Positions 30,293 to 38,327 of a stretch of DNA of 64,000 nt are shown here, piece after piece. The first letter of the stretch is position 1. Each line of letters opens with the position of its first letter. The DNA is taken from contig CAZMZJ010000005.1 in NCBI GenBank assembly GCA_964570825.1, forward strand, positions 11,734 through 75,733, read 5' to 3'. Made by a program: the position numbers and the translations under genes. Below the pieces are notes generated by a model. That model made no database searches. It saw only the letters and a program-made list of their open reading frames with translations, and was not told the DNA's origin. Origin of the DNA: an uncultured Lachnospiraceae bacterium (lineage in GTDB: Bacteria > Bacillota > Clostridia > Oscillospirales > CAG-272).

Positions 30293-30645
30293 GCCCCGCA
30301 CACGCTTCCCCCCCGCAGGCCGTTTTCATAAAGCTTGCCGCAGGCGACATACATTCTTTCTTTTGTGCGGAGAACGACGATTCCGCATTCCTCCGCGTAC
30401 TGAAGTATTTCGCGGGTCGGATTCTTTCCGCGAACAAAGACGATGCACTTCATATCCATCATTTCGGCGGTTCTGACCACCTGCAGGTTGACAAGGCCGG
30501 TAAGCAGTATGGCCTGTTCCTTGACAAACGCGAGCACATCGCTCATCATATCGCTGCCGCACGCGGAAAAAACCTCGCTGTCAGTTTTGTCAGCGCATGC
30601 GAGGACCTCGGCGTCAAGCAGCTCGATAATAGTTTTAATTTTCAT
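30289..30645 (-). CDS. DRTGG domain protein
   Basis: ACGSDMMSDVLA, LLTGLVNLQVVRTAEMMD. Confidence 0.9.
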   Translation of the reverse strand: MKIKTIIELLDAEVLACADKTDSEVFSACGSDMMSDVLAFVKEQAILLTGLVNLQVVRTAEMMDMKCIVFVRGKNPTREILQYAEECGIVVLRTKERMYVACGKLYENGLRGGSVCGA

Positions 30646-30749
30646 AAATAAGTATTGCGTTCCCGCCGGACAGAAACGCTACTCCCCGAAAGATTTATAA
30701 AATGCATTTCCGGCATCAGATGATCTGACAAATAATTCACTACAGAATA

Positions 30750-30801
30750 ATTATACAACAGAAGGCGCATCTTGTCCAGTGGTTTGTTAAATATAAAACA
30801 A
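30750..30801 (-). promoter_or_regulatory. sigma-A promoter plus candidate Rex operator for the DRTGG-led operon
   Basis: Minus strand TGGACA (30773-78)-N17-TATAAT (30750-55); TTGTTAA-ATAT-AAAACAA at 30784-30801 (2 mismatches to Rex consensus). Confidence 0.55.
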
Positions 30802-30831
30802 AAGAAAGCCCCTGGCAATTCAGGGGCTTTC
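30795..30831 (-). terminator. terminator of rplM-rpsI
   Basis: GAAAGCCCCTG-gcaatt-CAGGGGCTTTC, T-rich tail on the minus strand. Confidence 0.75.
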
Positions 30832-30843
30832 CGGCATAAAGCC

Positions 30844-31254
30844 TTATCTCTTTGAGAACTGGGGAGCGCGGCGTGCGGCTTTGAGTCCGTACTTTTTTCT
30901 TTCCTTCATGCGAGGGTCTCTGGTGAGGAGTCCCGCGGCCTTGAGAGAAGCTCTGAAGCTCTCGTCGGCAAGGACGAGGGCGCGCGCGACGCCGTGGCGG
31001 ATTGCTCCGGCCTGACCGGAAATGCCGCCGCCGATAACCTTGGCGTCAATATCGAACTTGCCGGTTGTTCCGGTAACTGTGAAAGGCTGGTTAACAATAA
31101 GCTTAAGCGTTTCGAGACCGAAGTAATCGTCGATGCCGCGGCCGTTGATGGTTATAGCGCCTGTTCCCGGAATAATTCTCACGCGGGCAACCGACTTCTT
31201 TCTTCTTCCCGTGCCGTAAAAATACGGCTTAGAGCTTGTATAATCTACTGCCAT
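30844..31254 (-). CDS. rpsI: 30S ribosomal protein S9
   Basis: [52 protein letters not shown]; start could be 31254 or 31266. Confidence 0.98.
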   Translation of the reverse strand: MAVDYTSSKPYFYGTGRRKKSVARVRIIPGTGAITINGRGIDDYFGLETLKLIVNQPFTVTGTTGKFDIDAKVIGGGISGQAGAIRHGVARALVLADESFRASLKAAGLLTRDPRMKERKKYGLKAARRAPQFSKR

Positions 31255-31275
31255 TATTTCTGCCATCCTTTCTTG

Positions 31276-31707
31276 TTAGTTTACCTCATAAGGAATGGGC
31301 TTCTGGGCCGCATGCTTATGGGCGTCGCCGGAATAGACCTTAAGTCTGGTTAAAGCTTTTCTGCTGATGTTGTTGTTGGAAAGCATTCTCTTGACGGCTC
31401 TTTCCATAGCGAACTCGGGGCGAGTCTCCATGAGTGTCTTGTACTGCATCTCCTTGAGTCCTCCGAGGTAGCCGGAATGGCGGCGGTAATACTTCTGAAT
31501 AAGCTTCTTGCCGGTCAGAACCGCCTTGTCGGCATTGATGATGATAACGAATTCGCCGCAGTCAACGTTAGGCGTGAAAATCGCGCGGTGTTTGCCGCGA
31601 AGAATGGTTGCAGCAGCGGCAGCGGTACGACCGAGTGGCTTTCCTGCTGCGTCGATGATGTACCATTTGCGATCCACTGTCTCTGCTTTTGCCATGAATG
31701 TGGACAT
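31276..31707 (-). CDS. rplM: 50S ribosomal protein L13
   Basis: [35 protein letters not shown]. Confidence 0.98.
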   Translation of the reverse strand: MSTFMAKAETVDRKWYIIDAAGKPLGRTAAAAATILRGKHRAIFTPNVDCGEFVIIINADKAVLTGKKLIQKYYRRHSGYLGGLKEMQYKTLMETRPEFAMERAVKRMLSNNNISRKALTRLKVYSGDAHKHAAQKPIPYEVN

Positions 31708-31754
31708 CTTGCGCATCTCCTTAAAAATATATTCAATAATTTTTCAGCCTGCAC

Positions 31755-31783
31755 ATTATAACATGCCTTAATTTGGTTGTCAA
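31755..31783 (-). promoter_or_regulatory. consensus sigma-A promoter of rplM-rpsI
   Basis: TTGACA-N17-TATAAT with TG extension. Confidence 0.85.
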
Positions 31784-31981
31784 TAGTTTTGCCGAAAAAA
31801 ATTCGGATTTTTTTAATTTAGCATTACATTTACTCTTATTTGCTCATTTTTGCTTTGTTTTGGAGCATGTTATCTCGTTTTGAGTTTACATTTTAATAAA
31901 CAAGCGCCGGACATACAGTCATAATCGCGGTCGGATCGAAATATCATATAGTAATCTTAAAAAAACAAAGGAGCCGGAACA

Positions 31982-32938
31982 ATGCAGAAATCATATAAAC
32001 CCGAAGGAAATCTTATAGACACTCCCCGCAACACCGAACTTATCTCCTCGCTGTCGGGACTTGAGTATGCCATGCAGCACGACATGATTCTTGAGGGAAT
32101 GGCGATGCTGTGCGACGGCAGATACGACCTTCATATAAGTCTTGGCGACATGGAAGGCATCATCCGGCGCAGCGAGGTTGCGGAAAGCCGGGACGGCTGC
32201 GCCGTCAAGGACATCGCCGTGATCACCCGTGTCGGCAAGCCGGTCTGCTTCAAAGTCAGGGGATTTGAAAATTACTGTGGAAAAACGCGCGCGGTTCTCT
32301 CGAGGAAAGATGCGCAGACGGAATGCTATGACAATTATCTTCTCTCGCTCATACCCGGCGATATAATACCCGCCAAGGTAACTCACCTTGAAAATTTCGG
32401 GGCGTTCGTCGACATAGGCTGCGGGATACCGTCCTTACTGTCGGTGGACTGCATATCGGTTTCAAGGATCTCCCATCCATCCGACCGGCTCGCCTGCGGA
32501 ATGAATATTATGACAGTAATAAAAAGCATAGATTATGCGACCGGCAGAATTTACGTCACCCAGCGCGAACTTCTCGGCACATGGGAGGAGAACGCCGCGA
32601 ACTTTGCTCCCGGCCAGACCGTGGCGGGGATCATCCGCAGCGTCGAGCAGTACGGAATTTTTGTCGAGCTGACGCCGAACCTTGCCGGTCTTGCCGAACT
32701 TCGCGAAGCCGATTCGCTCCACTGTCCGGTCGTCCCCGGCCAATGGGCCGCCGTTTACATAAAAAGCATTATTCCGGAACGCATGAAAATCAAGCTTGTT
32801 CTGATCGACACCCATAAAGGCGCCGTTCCCCCGTCTCCTCCGGAGTACTATATCGACGCCTCGCGCGTCCGCCATCTTGACCGCTGGCAATACTCGCCCG
32901 CCTCGTCGCAGCGGGTGATTGAAACGGTTTTCGCGTAA
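31982..32938 (+). CDS. multi-S1 RNA-binding domain protein
   Basis: VTHLENFGAFVDIGCG, IIRSVEQYGIFVELTPNLAGL, RVGKPVCFKV S1-type repeats. Confidence 0.85.
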   Translation: MQKSYKPEGNLIDTPRNTELISSLSGLEYAMQHDMILEGMAMLCDGRYDLHISLGDMEGIIRRSEVAESRDGCAVKDIAVITRVGKPVCFKVRGFENYCGKTRAVLSRKDAQTECYDNYLLSLIPGDIIPAKVTHLENFGAFVDIGCGIPSLLSVDCISVSRISHPSDRLACGMNIMTVIKSIDYATGRIYVTQRELLGTWEENAANFAPGQTVAGIIRSVEQYGIFVELTPNLAGLAELREADSLHCPVVPGQWAAVYIKSIIPERMKIKLVLIDTHKGAVPPSPPEYYIDASRVRHLDRWQYSPASSQRVIETVFA

Positions 32939-32954
32939 TCCTAATCGTCCAATC

Positions 32955-33038
32955 TGCTAACGGCTATCGTCTAACGTCTATCTCCTAATGTCTGTCTTCT
33001 GTCGTCTGCCGTCTGACGGCTGACGTCTGATGTCTGAC
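32955..33038. repeat. 7-bp tandem repeat tract, 12 units
   Basis: tgctaac ggctatc gtctaac gtctatc tcctaat gtctgtc ttctgtc gtctgcc gtctgac ggctgac gtctgat gtctgac. Confidence 0.85.
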
Positions 33039-33142
33039 GGCACGCTTTTCAGGCTTTTTCAGCACACGACTCACACGGCTCTCACGGCGCAAAAGGCATA
33101 CCGGATTTCAAGCTTTACACTGTCCGATCTAATATTAAATAT

Positions 33143-33177
33143 AAAAGCGCGCGGCTTATTGAGGCCGCGCGCTGTTT
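33143..33177. terminator. terminator between convergent S1 gene and pcrA
   Basis: AGCGCGCGGC-ttattgag-GCCGCGCGCT. Confidence 0.7.
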
Positions 33178-33183
33178 AATGAA

Positions 33184-35622
33184 TCAGATTTTGCTCAGCT
33201 TTGCGTATGAGCCCATCAGCTTTTTTGTACCCGCCGTGTCAAAGGCGATCTCATACAAAATATCCGCGCCCATGTTGCGTACTGAAAGCACCTCTCCGTC
33301 GCCGAAAATCCGGTGGCGGACGCGGTCGCCGTCCTTTATGCTGCAAAGCTCGCCCGGTTCCTGTTTTTTGACCACCGGCCGGTTGACCGTAATGACATCA
33401 ACCTTTTGGACTTTCGGAGGCTTATTTGAAAAATACACCTTTGACACGGGCACAGCCGGCTGATTTTCTTTTTCCGCCTCGCCGGAGGGAACGAGGTCGA
33501 GATACTGTTCGGGAATTTCGCTTATGAACCTTGAGGGCTGGTTGTGTCCGCTTCTTCCCCACAGCGTGCGTTCGGCGGCATAAAGAATAAACAGCTTTTC
33601 CTTGGCTCTTGTTATCGCCACATAGGCAAGGCGCCGCTCCTCCTCCATGTCGTTTTCGTCATAAGAATTTATAGTCTGCATTCCGGGAAAAATACCGTCC
33701 TCCATGCCCGGGATGAAAACCACCGGAAATTCAAGGCCTTTTGCGCTGTGAATAGTCATAAGCGTGACTGCATCCGCGCTCTCGTCGTACCTGTCGACGT
33801 CCGAAACGAGCGCCACTTCCTCAAGATATCCGGAAAGCGTTGCGTCGTCGTTGGCCTTTTGATATTCAATGGCGCCGGAAATCAGCTCGTCGATATTTTC
33901 GAGCCTTTCCTGCTCGGCCTCTCCTCCGGCGATAAGCATAGCGCGGTAACCGCTCATTTCTGCGACCCTGCCGATGAATTCGGCGACCGGGGTTGTCTTT
34001 GACATTTCCGTGAGCTTATTTATGAGGCCGGCGAACTGTGAAAGCGCGGCAGCCGAGCGCGCCAGCTCCTCGTACCTTGAAGCGTGTTCGAGTATATCGA
34101 ACATTCCGACCCCTTCCGCGCCTGCGATGCGTGAAATCTCGTCGATGGTCTTATCTCCGATTTTCCGCTTTGGCTCGTTGATAATCCGCTTCAGGCGCTC
34201 CGCGTCGTTATGGTTAACGATAACGCTGAGGTATGCGACGATATCGCGTATTTCCTTGCGGTCGAAGAAACGCACGGAGCCTATCGTACGGTAAGGCACT
34301 CCGGATTTTGCGAAAGCCGACTCAAGGACACGCGTCTGCGCGTTTGTCCTGTAAAGGACGGCGAAATCCCTTAATGAATGCTTTTTCATTCTGACCGCAC
34401 GGCTGACAGTGTCAACGATGAATCTCGCCTCGCTGTTCTCGTTGTCCAGCTCGCGCACCGTAATCTTTTCTCCGGCATCCTTTTCGGTCCATAGATTTTT
34501 GCCGCGGCGTCCGCGGTTTTTCGATATGATGCCGTTGGCCGCGCCGAGAATGTTTCCTGCGGAGCGGTAGTTCTGCTCAAGCTTTATGACCTTGGCGTCC
34601 GGGAAGCACTTGTCGAATCCGAGAATATTAGCTATTGTGGCGCCGCGGAAGCGGTAGATGCTCTGGTCGTCGTCGCCGACCACCATGAGATTGCAAAAGC
34701 CTCCCGAAAGGAGGGCGGTGAGAGCGAACTGCGCTTCATTTGTGTCCTGGTACTCGTCGACGCTCACATAAAGGAAGCGCGACTGGTAATGCTGCCTGAT
34801 TTCGCTGTTGTTTTGAAGCAGCCTGACGGTTTTTAGAATAATGTCGTCGAAATCGAGCGCGTTCGAAGCGGAAAGTCCCGCCTGATATTCCTTGTAAATA
34901 CGGGAAATCTGCTTTATTCTGAAATCGTTTCCGGCATCCGCTGCGTATTCGTCAGGACCTTTCAGCTTGTCCTTAGCTCGGCTGATTTCGTTCATAACGC
35001 TTTTAAGCGGGAGAGTTTTCTCGTCGATATTGCAGCGTTTCATCGCCGCGGCTACAGCGTTTTTCGAGTCCTCGGTGTCATATATTGAAAATCCCGGTTC
35101 CAGACCCGCCTCTTTATAATGGGCGCGCAGGATTCTCATGCAAACCGAATGGAACGTGCCCGACCATATTCCACCGATATCCTCGTCGCCGAATTCCGAC
35201 TTAAGGCGGTTTTTAATTTCGTTTGCGGCCTTGTTCGTGAACGTGATTGCGAGCATACGGTGCGGCGGGCACGGAGCTTCGATGAACTCCGGAAGTATGT
35301 CCGCAATCTGTTCTCGCGGGAGCGATGAAGCCGCCTCGAGCTGCGCCACCTCTGCTTCGGTAATGTCTTTTGGAGTTTTGGAACTCATATATGCGTTGCC
35401 GTACCTGATAATATATGCTATGCGGCGAACCAGCACAGTCGTTTTGCCGCTTCCCGCTCCTGCAAGAATAAGGAGCGGCCCGTTTACCGTGAAAACCGCC
35501 CTTCTCTGCTCCGCGTTCAGATCTGAGTAATATTTGTCAAAAAGCTTTCTTTTAGCGGCAAGATATCTGCCCGGAAGATCATTCATCTGATATGTAAACC
35601 TTTCTTCTGTAAAAAGCGGCAT
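33184..35622 (-). CDS. pcrA: ATP-dependent DNA helicase PcrA/UvrD
   Basis: LAGAGSGKT, AITFTNKAA, VDEYQDTN, VGDDDQSIYRFRGA, MTIHSAKGLEF, EERRLAYVAITRA, C-terminal Tudor-like domain. Confidence 0.96.
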   Translation of the reverse strand: MPLFTEERFTYQMNDLPGRYLAAKRKLFDKYYSDLNAEQRRAVFTVNGPLLILAGAGSGKTTVLVRRIAYIIRYGNAYMSSKTPKDITEAEVAQLEAASSLPREQIADILPEFIEAPCPPHRMLAITFTNKAANEIKNRLKSEFGDEDIGGIWSGTFHSVCMRILRAHYKEAGLEPGFSIYDTEDSKNAVAAAMKRCNIDEKTLPLKSVMNEISRAKDKLKGPDEYAADAGNDFRIKQISRIYKEYQAGLSASNALDFDDIILKTVRLLQNNSEIRQHYQSRFLYVSVDEYQDTNEAQFALTALLSGGFCNLMVVGDDDQSIYRFRGATIANILGFDKCFPDAKVIKLEQNYRSAGNILGAANGIISKNRGRRGKNLWTEKDAGEKITVRELDNENSEARFIVDTVSRAVRMKKHSLRDFAVLYRTNAQTRVLESAFAKSGVPYRTIGSVRFFDRKEIRDIVAYLSVIVNHNDAERLKRIINEPKRKIGDKTIDEISRIAGAEGVGMFDILEHASRYEELARSAAALSQFAGLINKLTEMSKTTPVAEFIGRVAEMSGYRAMLIAGGEAEQERLENIDELISGAIEYQKANDDATLSGYLEEVALVSDVDRYDESADAVTLMTIHSAKGLEFPVVFIPGMEDGIFPGMQTINSYDENDMEEERRLAYVAITRAKEKLFILYAAERTLWGRSGHNQPSRFISEIPEQYLDLVPSGEAEKENQPAVPVSKVYFSNKPPKVQKVDVITVNRPVVKKQEPGELCSIKDGDRVRHRIFGDGEVLSVRNMGADILYEIAFDTAGTKKLMGSYAKLSKI

Positions 35623-35718
35623 TCTCTTTCACCCGGTATGGCCGGGACGAAAAATACACGCCGCAGTTATAATCTGTTTTTTTATTATACTATAAACGTG
35701 ATACATTTGCAACAGGAA

Positions 35719-35745
35719 AAGAGTCCTCAAGAGGACTCTTTAATT
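35719..35745 (-). terminator. hairpin after the small Q/G/T-rich gene
   Basis: AAGAGTCCTC-aa-GAGGACTCTT, followed by TT on the minus strand. Confidence 0.65.
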
Positions 35746-35786
35746 TAATAAAGTCATCCGCCCTGCGGATTCTGTTGTTTATTATT

Positions 35787-36002
35787 TCAGCCCCGGCAGT
35801 CCTGTCCCTGAGATCCCTGTGTGCCCTGTGTGCCTTGGTTATCCTGTCCCTGGGTTCCCGTTTCCTGGTTATCCTGGGCCTGCGCGCCCCAGTTGTCCTG
35901 TGTGCCCTGTGTGCCCTGTGTTTCACGGGTATCCTGAGTCTGCTGGTTTCCCTGGACGTCAGATGCGTTCTGACGGCGCTTGTTCGGCTTGTTGTTCTGC
36001 AT
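35787..36002 (-). CDS. small hydrophilic Q/G/T/D-rich repeat protein, 71 aa
   Basis: Strong RBS gaaggaga 9 nt upstream of ATG, downstream hairpin, internal repeats QGTQGTQ x2 and QDNQ x2. Confidence 0.7.
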   Translation of the reverse strand: MQNNKPNKRRQNASDVQGNQQTQDTRETQGTQGTQDNWGAQAQDNQETGTQGQDNQGTQGTQGSQGQDCRG

Positions 36003-36107
36003 TTTTGCGTATCTCCTTCAAAGATAACAACATTATTAGTAGGCAATTATCAAACTGCCACATAAATAGTTATCCGCAGAACATGAACTTATTATACATT
36101 AAAAATT

Positions 36108-37505
36108 TCACGACAGCATGTATTTATAGCTTATCTGCTCGTTTATTTCCATTAACAATTTAATAAAATAAAACGCAAATAATCCCGAGAGCAGAAATTC
36201 AATCATCCACATAAAATCCACCGTATTGACAAGCAGCACGGCTGCGACCTGCGACGCCGCCGCCAGCACCGCGAAGGCTGCCGGAGCAATCATTCTGCTC
36301 GTCAGCGACGCATGAAGAAGCCTGATTTTCTCGGACGGGTTGTAAGAATCGTTAGACGTCATAGAAAAGCCTGTATGTTGCAGTATTATATTTCTGATAA
36401 CTATGAACAGAAGGACTGCGATAAAAACGAGGAATACCGCTTCTGTAGCGGCGGTAAATCCGCACAGCCTGACGAAGGCATCGTAAGTTGTCTCGTCCCT
36501 CATTATCGCCTCTGGATAAAAATTCGTGTTGAACCAGTATTCGTAAATTCCCGTGCCCAAAGAAAGCAGCCCGTAGATTCCCGCCGCGGCAACTCCTGTT
36601 CTCCAGCCCCTGATGTACTTTCTGATTATAAGAAGTCCCGCCGTCACACACAGAGCCGACAAAAAATCGGGAAGGATATTAAAATTATCGACATAAAAAT
36701 CTATCGTCAGCAGCGCGCCCGCGCCGAAATAGCCGAACGCGGCTTTCACCGCCCTGCGTGCGAAAATGTCTTTATGCGTAAGGACGTTTTCCTTATAGAG
36801 AACGCCGAGGCTTTCAAGCAGCCTCACATCGCGTTTTATCGCCGCCACATACCGAAGCATCTTGATAATCCATATGATTGCCGCGATAACGGCTATTATG
36901 ATTCCGAAATCTCTCAGAAGATCCTTGTAAAGGTAGAGCTGGCCGACCGCGCTTTCGTTATAAGTCTGCTCGGTGAGGGAAGCGAATTCGGGGAGCGTGC
37001 GGCAGGACGCCTTGATAATAATGAAGGCGACAGTCATGTTTCTGATTTTTTCGGTAATGTTCTTCTGATAAACTGAGCCGCCGTTCTTCCGTGCCGGGGC
37101 AAAAGCAGCCTCTCCGCCGTGGCGGGCCGAAAGGTACAGAATGCCGTCGAAAAGCTTAATGACGGCAGGTACGACGGTGACGATTTCAAACACTGACAGA
37201 ATGAAGGCGAACATCAGCATGGATACCGACTGGTCTGTGGACGGTATAAAGCCGAAGAGCACGAAAATTGAAAAGAAACCGACAAGGCTCGCATAAAGCA
37301 TCCGTCTGAATAGCTCGCGCGCTTCGTTGATTCTGTCGTCGATATCGGCCGCCTTTTTTATTGCCGCACACAGGAAAAAATAGCCGATAAAATCGGGAAG
37401 TATATCAATGACTCCGACATCCGGGTTAAAGAAGAATATGATTGCGGCGATGATGCCGCCCCATCCTATCAGCCTGAGTGGTTGTTCGCTTTTGCTGCCG
37501 GTCAT
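36108..37505 (-). CDS. polytopic membrane protein with internal duplication (ILPDF motif x2)
   Basis: Multiple hydrophobic segments; NPDVGVIDILPDFIGY and DFYVDNFNILPDFLSA; RBS aaggagg. Confidence 0.8.
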   Translation of the reverse strand: MTGSKSEQPLRLIGWGGIIAAIIFFFNPDVGVIDILPDFIGYFFLCAAIKKAADIDDRINEARELFRRMLYASLVGFFSIFVLFGFIPSTDQSVSMLMFAFILSVFEIVTVVPAVIKLFDGILYLSARHGGEAAFAPARKNGGSVYQKNITEKIRNMTVAFIIIKASCRTLPEFASLTEQTYNESAVGQLYLYKDLLRDFGIIIAVIAAIIWIIKMLRYVAAIKRDVRLLESLGVLYKENVLTHKDIFARRAVKAAFGYFGAGALLTIDFYVDNFNILPDFLSALCVTAGLLIIRKYIRGWRTGVAAAGIYGLLSLGTGIYEYWFNTNFYPEAIMRDETTYDAFVRLCGFTAATEAVFLVFIAVLLFIVIRNIILQHTGFSMTSNDSYNPSEKIRLLHASLTSRMIAPAAFAVLAAASQVAAVLLVNTVDFMWMIEFLLSGLFAFYFIKLLMEINEQISYKYMLS

Positions 37506-37539
37506 ATGATGCGCCTCCTTAATAAAATTTCAATTTTTT

Positions 37540-38220
37540 TTACTTGTCCCTGTTATGATTATGCTCAGTTTTCTCCTCTTCGGTTTTCTCCGGGCTTTTG
37601 CTGCGGCTTTTGACTTTCAGATTATCAAAAAACGTATTTTTCGCATTTTTCGCCGGCATATCCTCGTCGCCCTCCGGACAGATATACATATAGCATGAAA
37701 ACAGCAGCGAAAGATTAAGGACAGACCAGATGAGCTGCAGCAATAATGTCGGCTGTGCAAAATACTTTATATACATCTGATTTTTTGCCAGCGGGCCCAT
37801 GCCGAGAAATTCAAGCACGAAATAAATCCCGACGAGTACCATGTTTCGCCATGCCGCTGTACGCTGTTTTTGCAGTTCAAGCCTTGCGGCGAGAAGAGCC
37901 GCGGCATAAAGGACAGTTAAATTCAGGGCAATATTGAGGATAAATTCCGCCCAGACGGCGATGCCGCCTGCGGCAGAAAACCATTCGGGAAGGGTGATGG
38001 CCAGCTTTGCGGCTCCCTCTTGGATAAAACCGTAAATTCCGAGTAAAACGAGAGCCAGCGAGCAGCTCAATGGGTAGGCGAAACCGTATTCATAGTCCCG
38101 CAGCTTAAGCAGCGACAGCGACATGACCGTGTAGCCGAGCAGCCGGAATATAAATCCGAAGCTGTTCAGCGACATGACGTATGTTATGAAGTATCCGATG
38201 AAAAGCAGACCGAAGCCCAT
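37540..38220 (-). CDS. polytopic membrane protein, about 5 TM
   Basis: MGFGLLFIGYFITY..., hydrophobic segments, charged C-terminal tail. Confidence 0.8.
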   Translation of the reverse strand: MGFGLLFIGYFITYVMSLNSFGFIFRLLGYTVMSLSLLKLRDYEYGFAYPLSCSLALVLLGIYGFIQEGAAKLAITLPEWFSAAGGIAVWAEFILNIALNLTVLYAAALLAARLELQKQRTAAWRNMVLVGIYFVLEFLGMGPLAKNQMYIKYFAQPTLLLQLIWSVLNLSLLFSCYMYICPEGDEDMPAKNAKNTFFDNLKVKSRSKSPEKTEEEKTEHNHNRDK

Positions 38221-38327
38221 TTATACATCAAAGCCTTTCAGCATATAAATTTTATTGAAAAGACAGAATAAGCTCGCATTCACGCAATAAGGAATATTTC
38301 CGCGTTTTGCGCCCATCGCTGCTGTCC

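Noticed and set aside
31880-31960. sigma-E promoter candidates before the S1 gene (and before tspO at about 43160-43195)
   Set aside because: CATA-type -10 boxes are present but spacing to an ATA -35 is outside the expected range.
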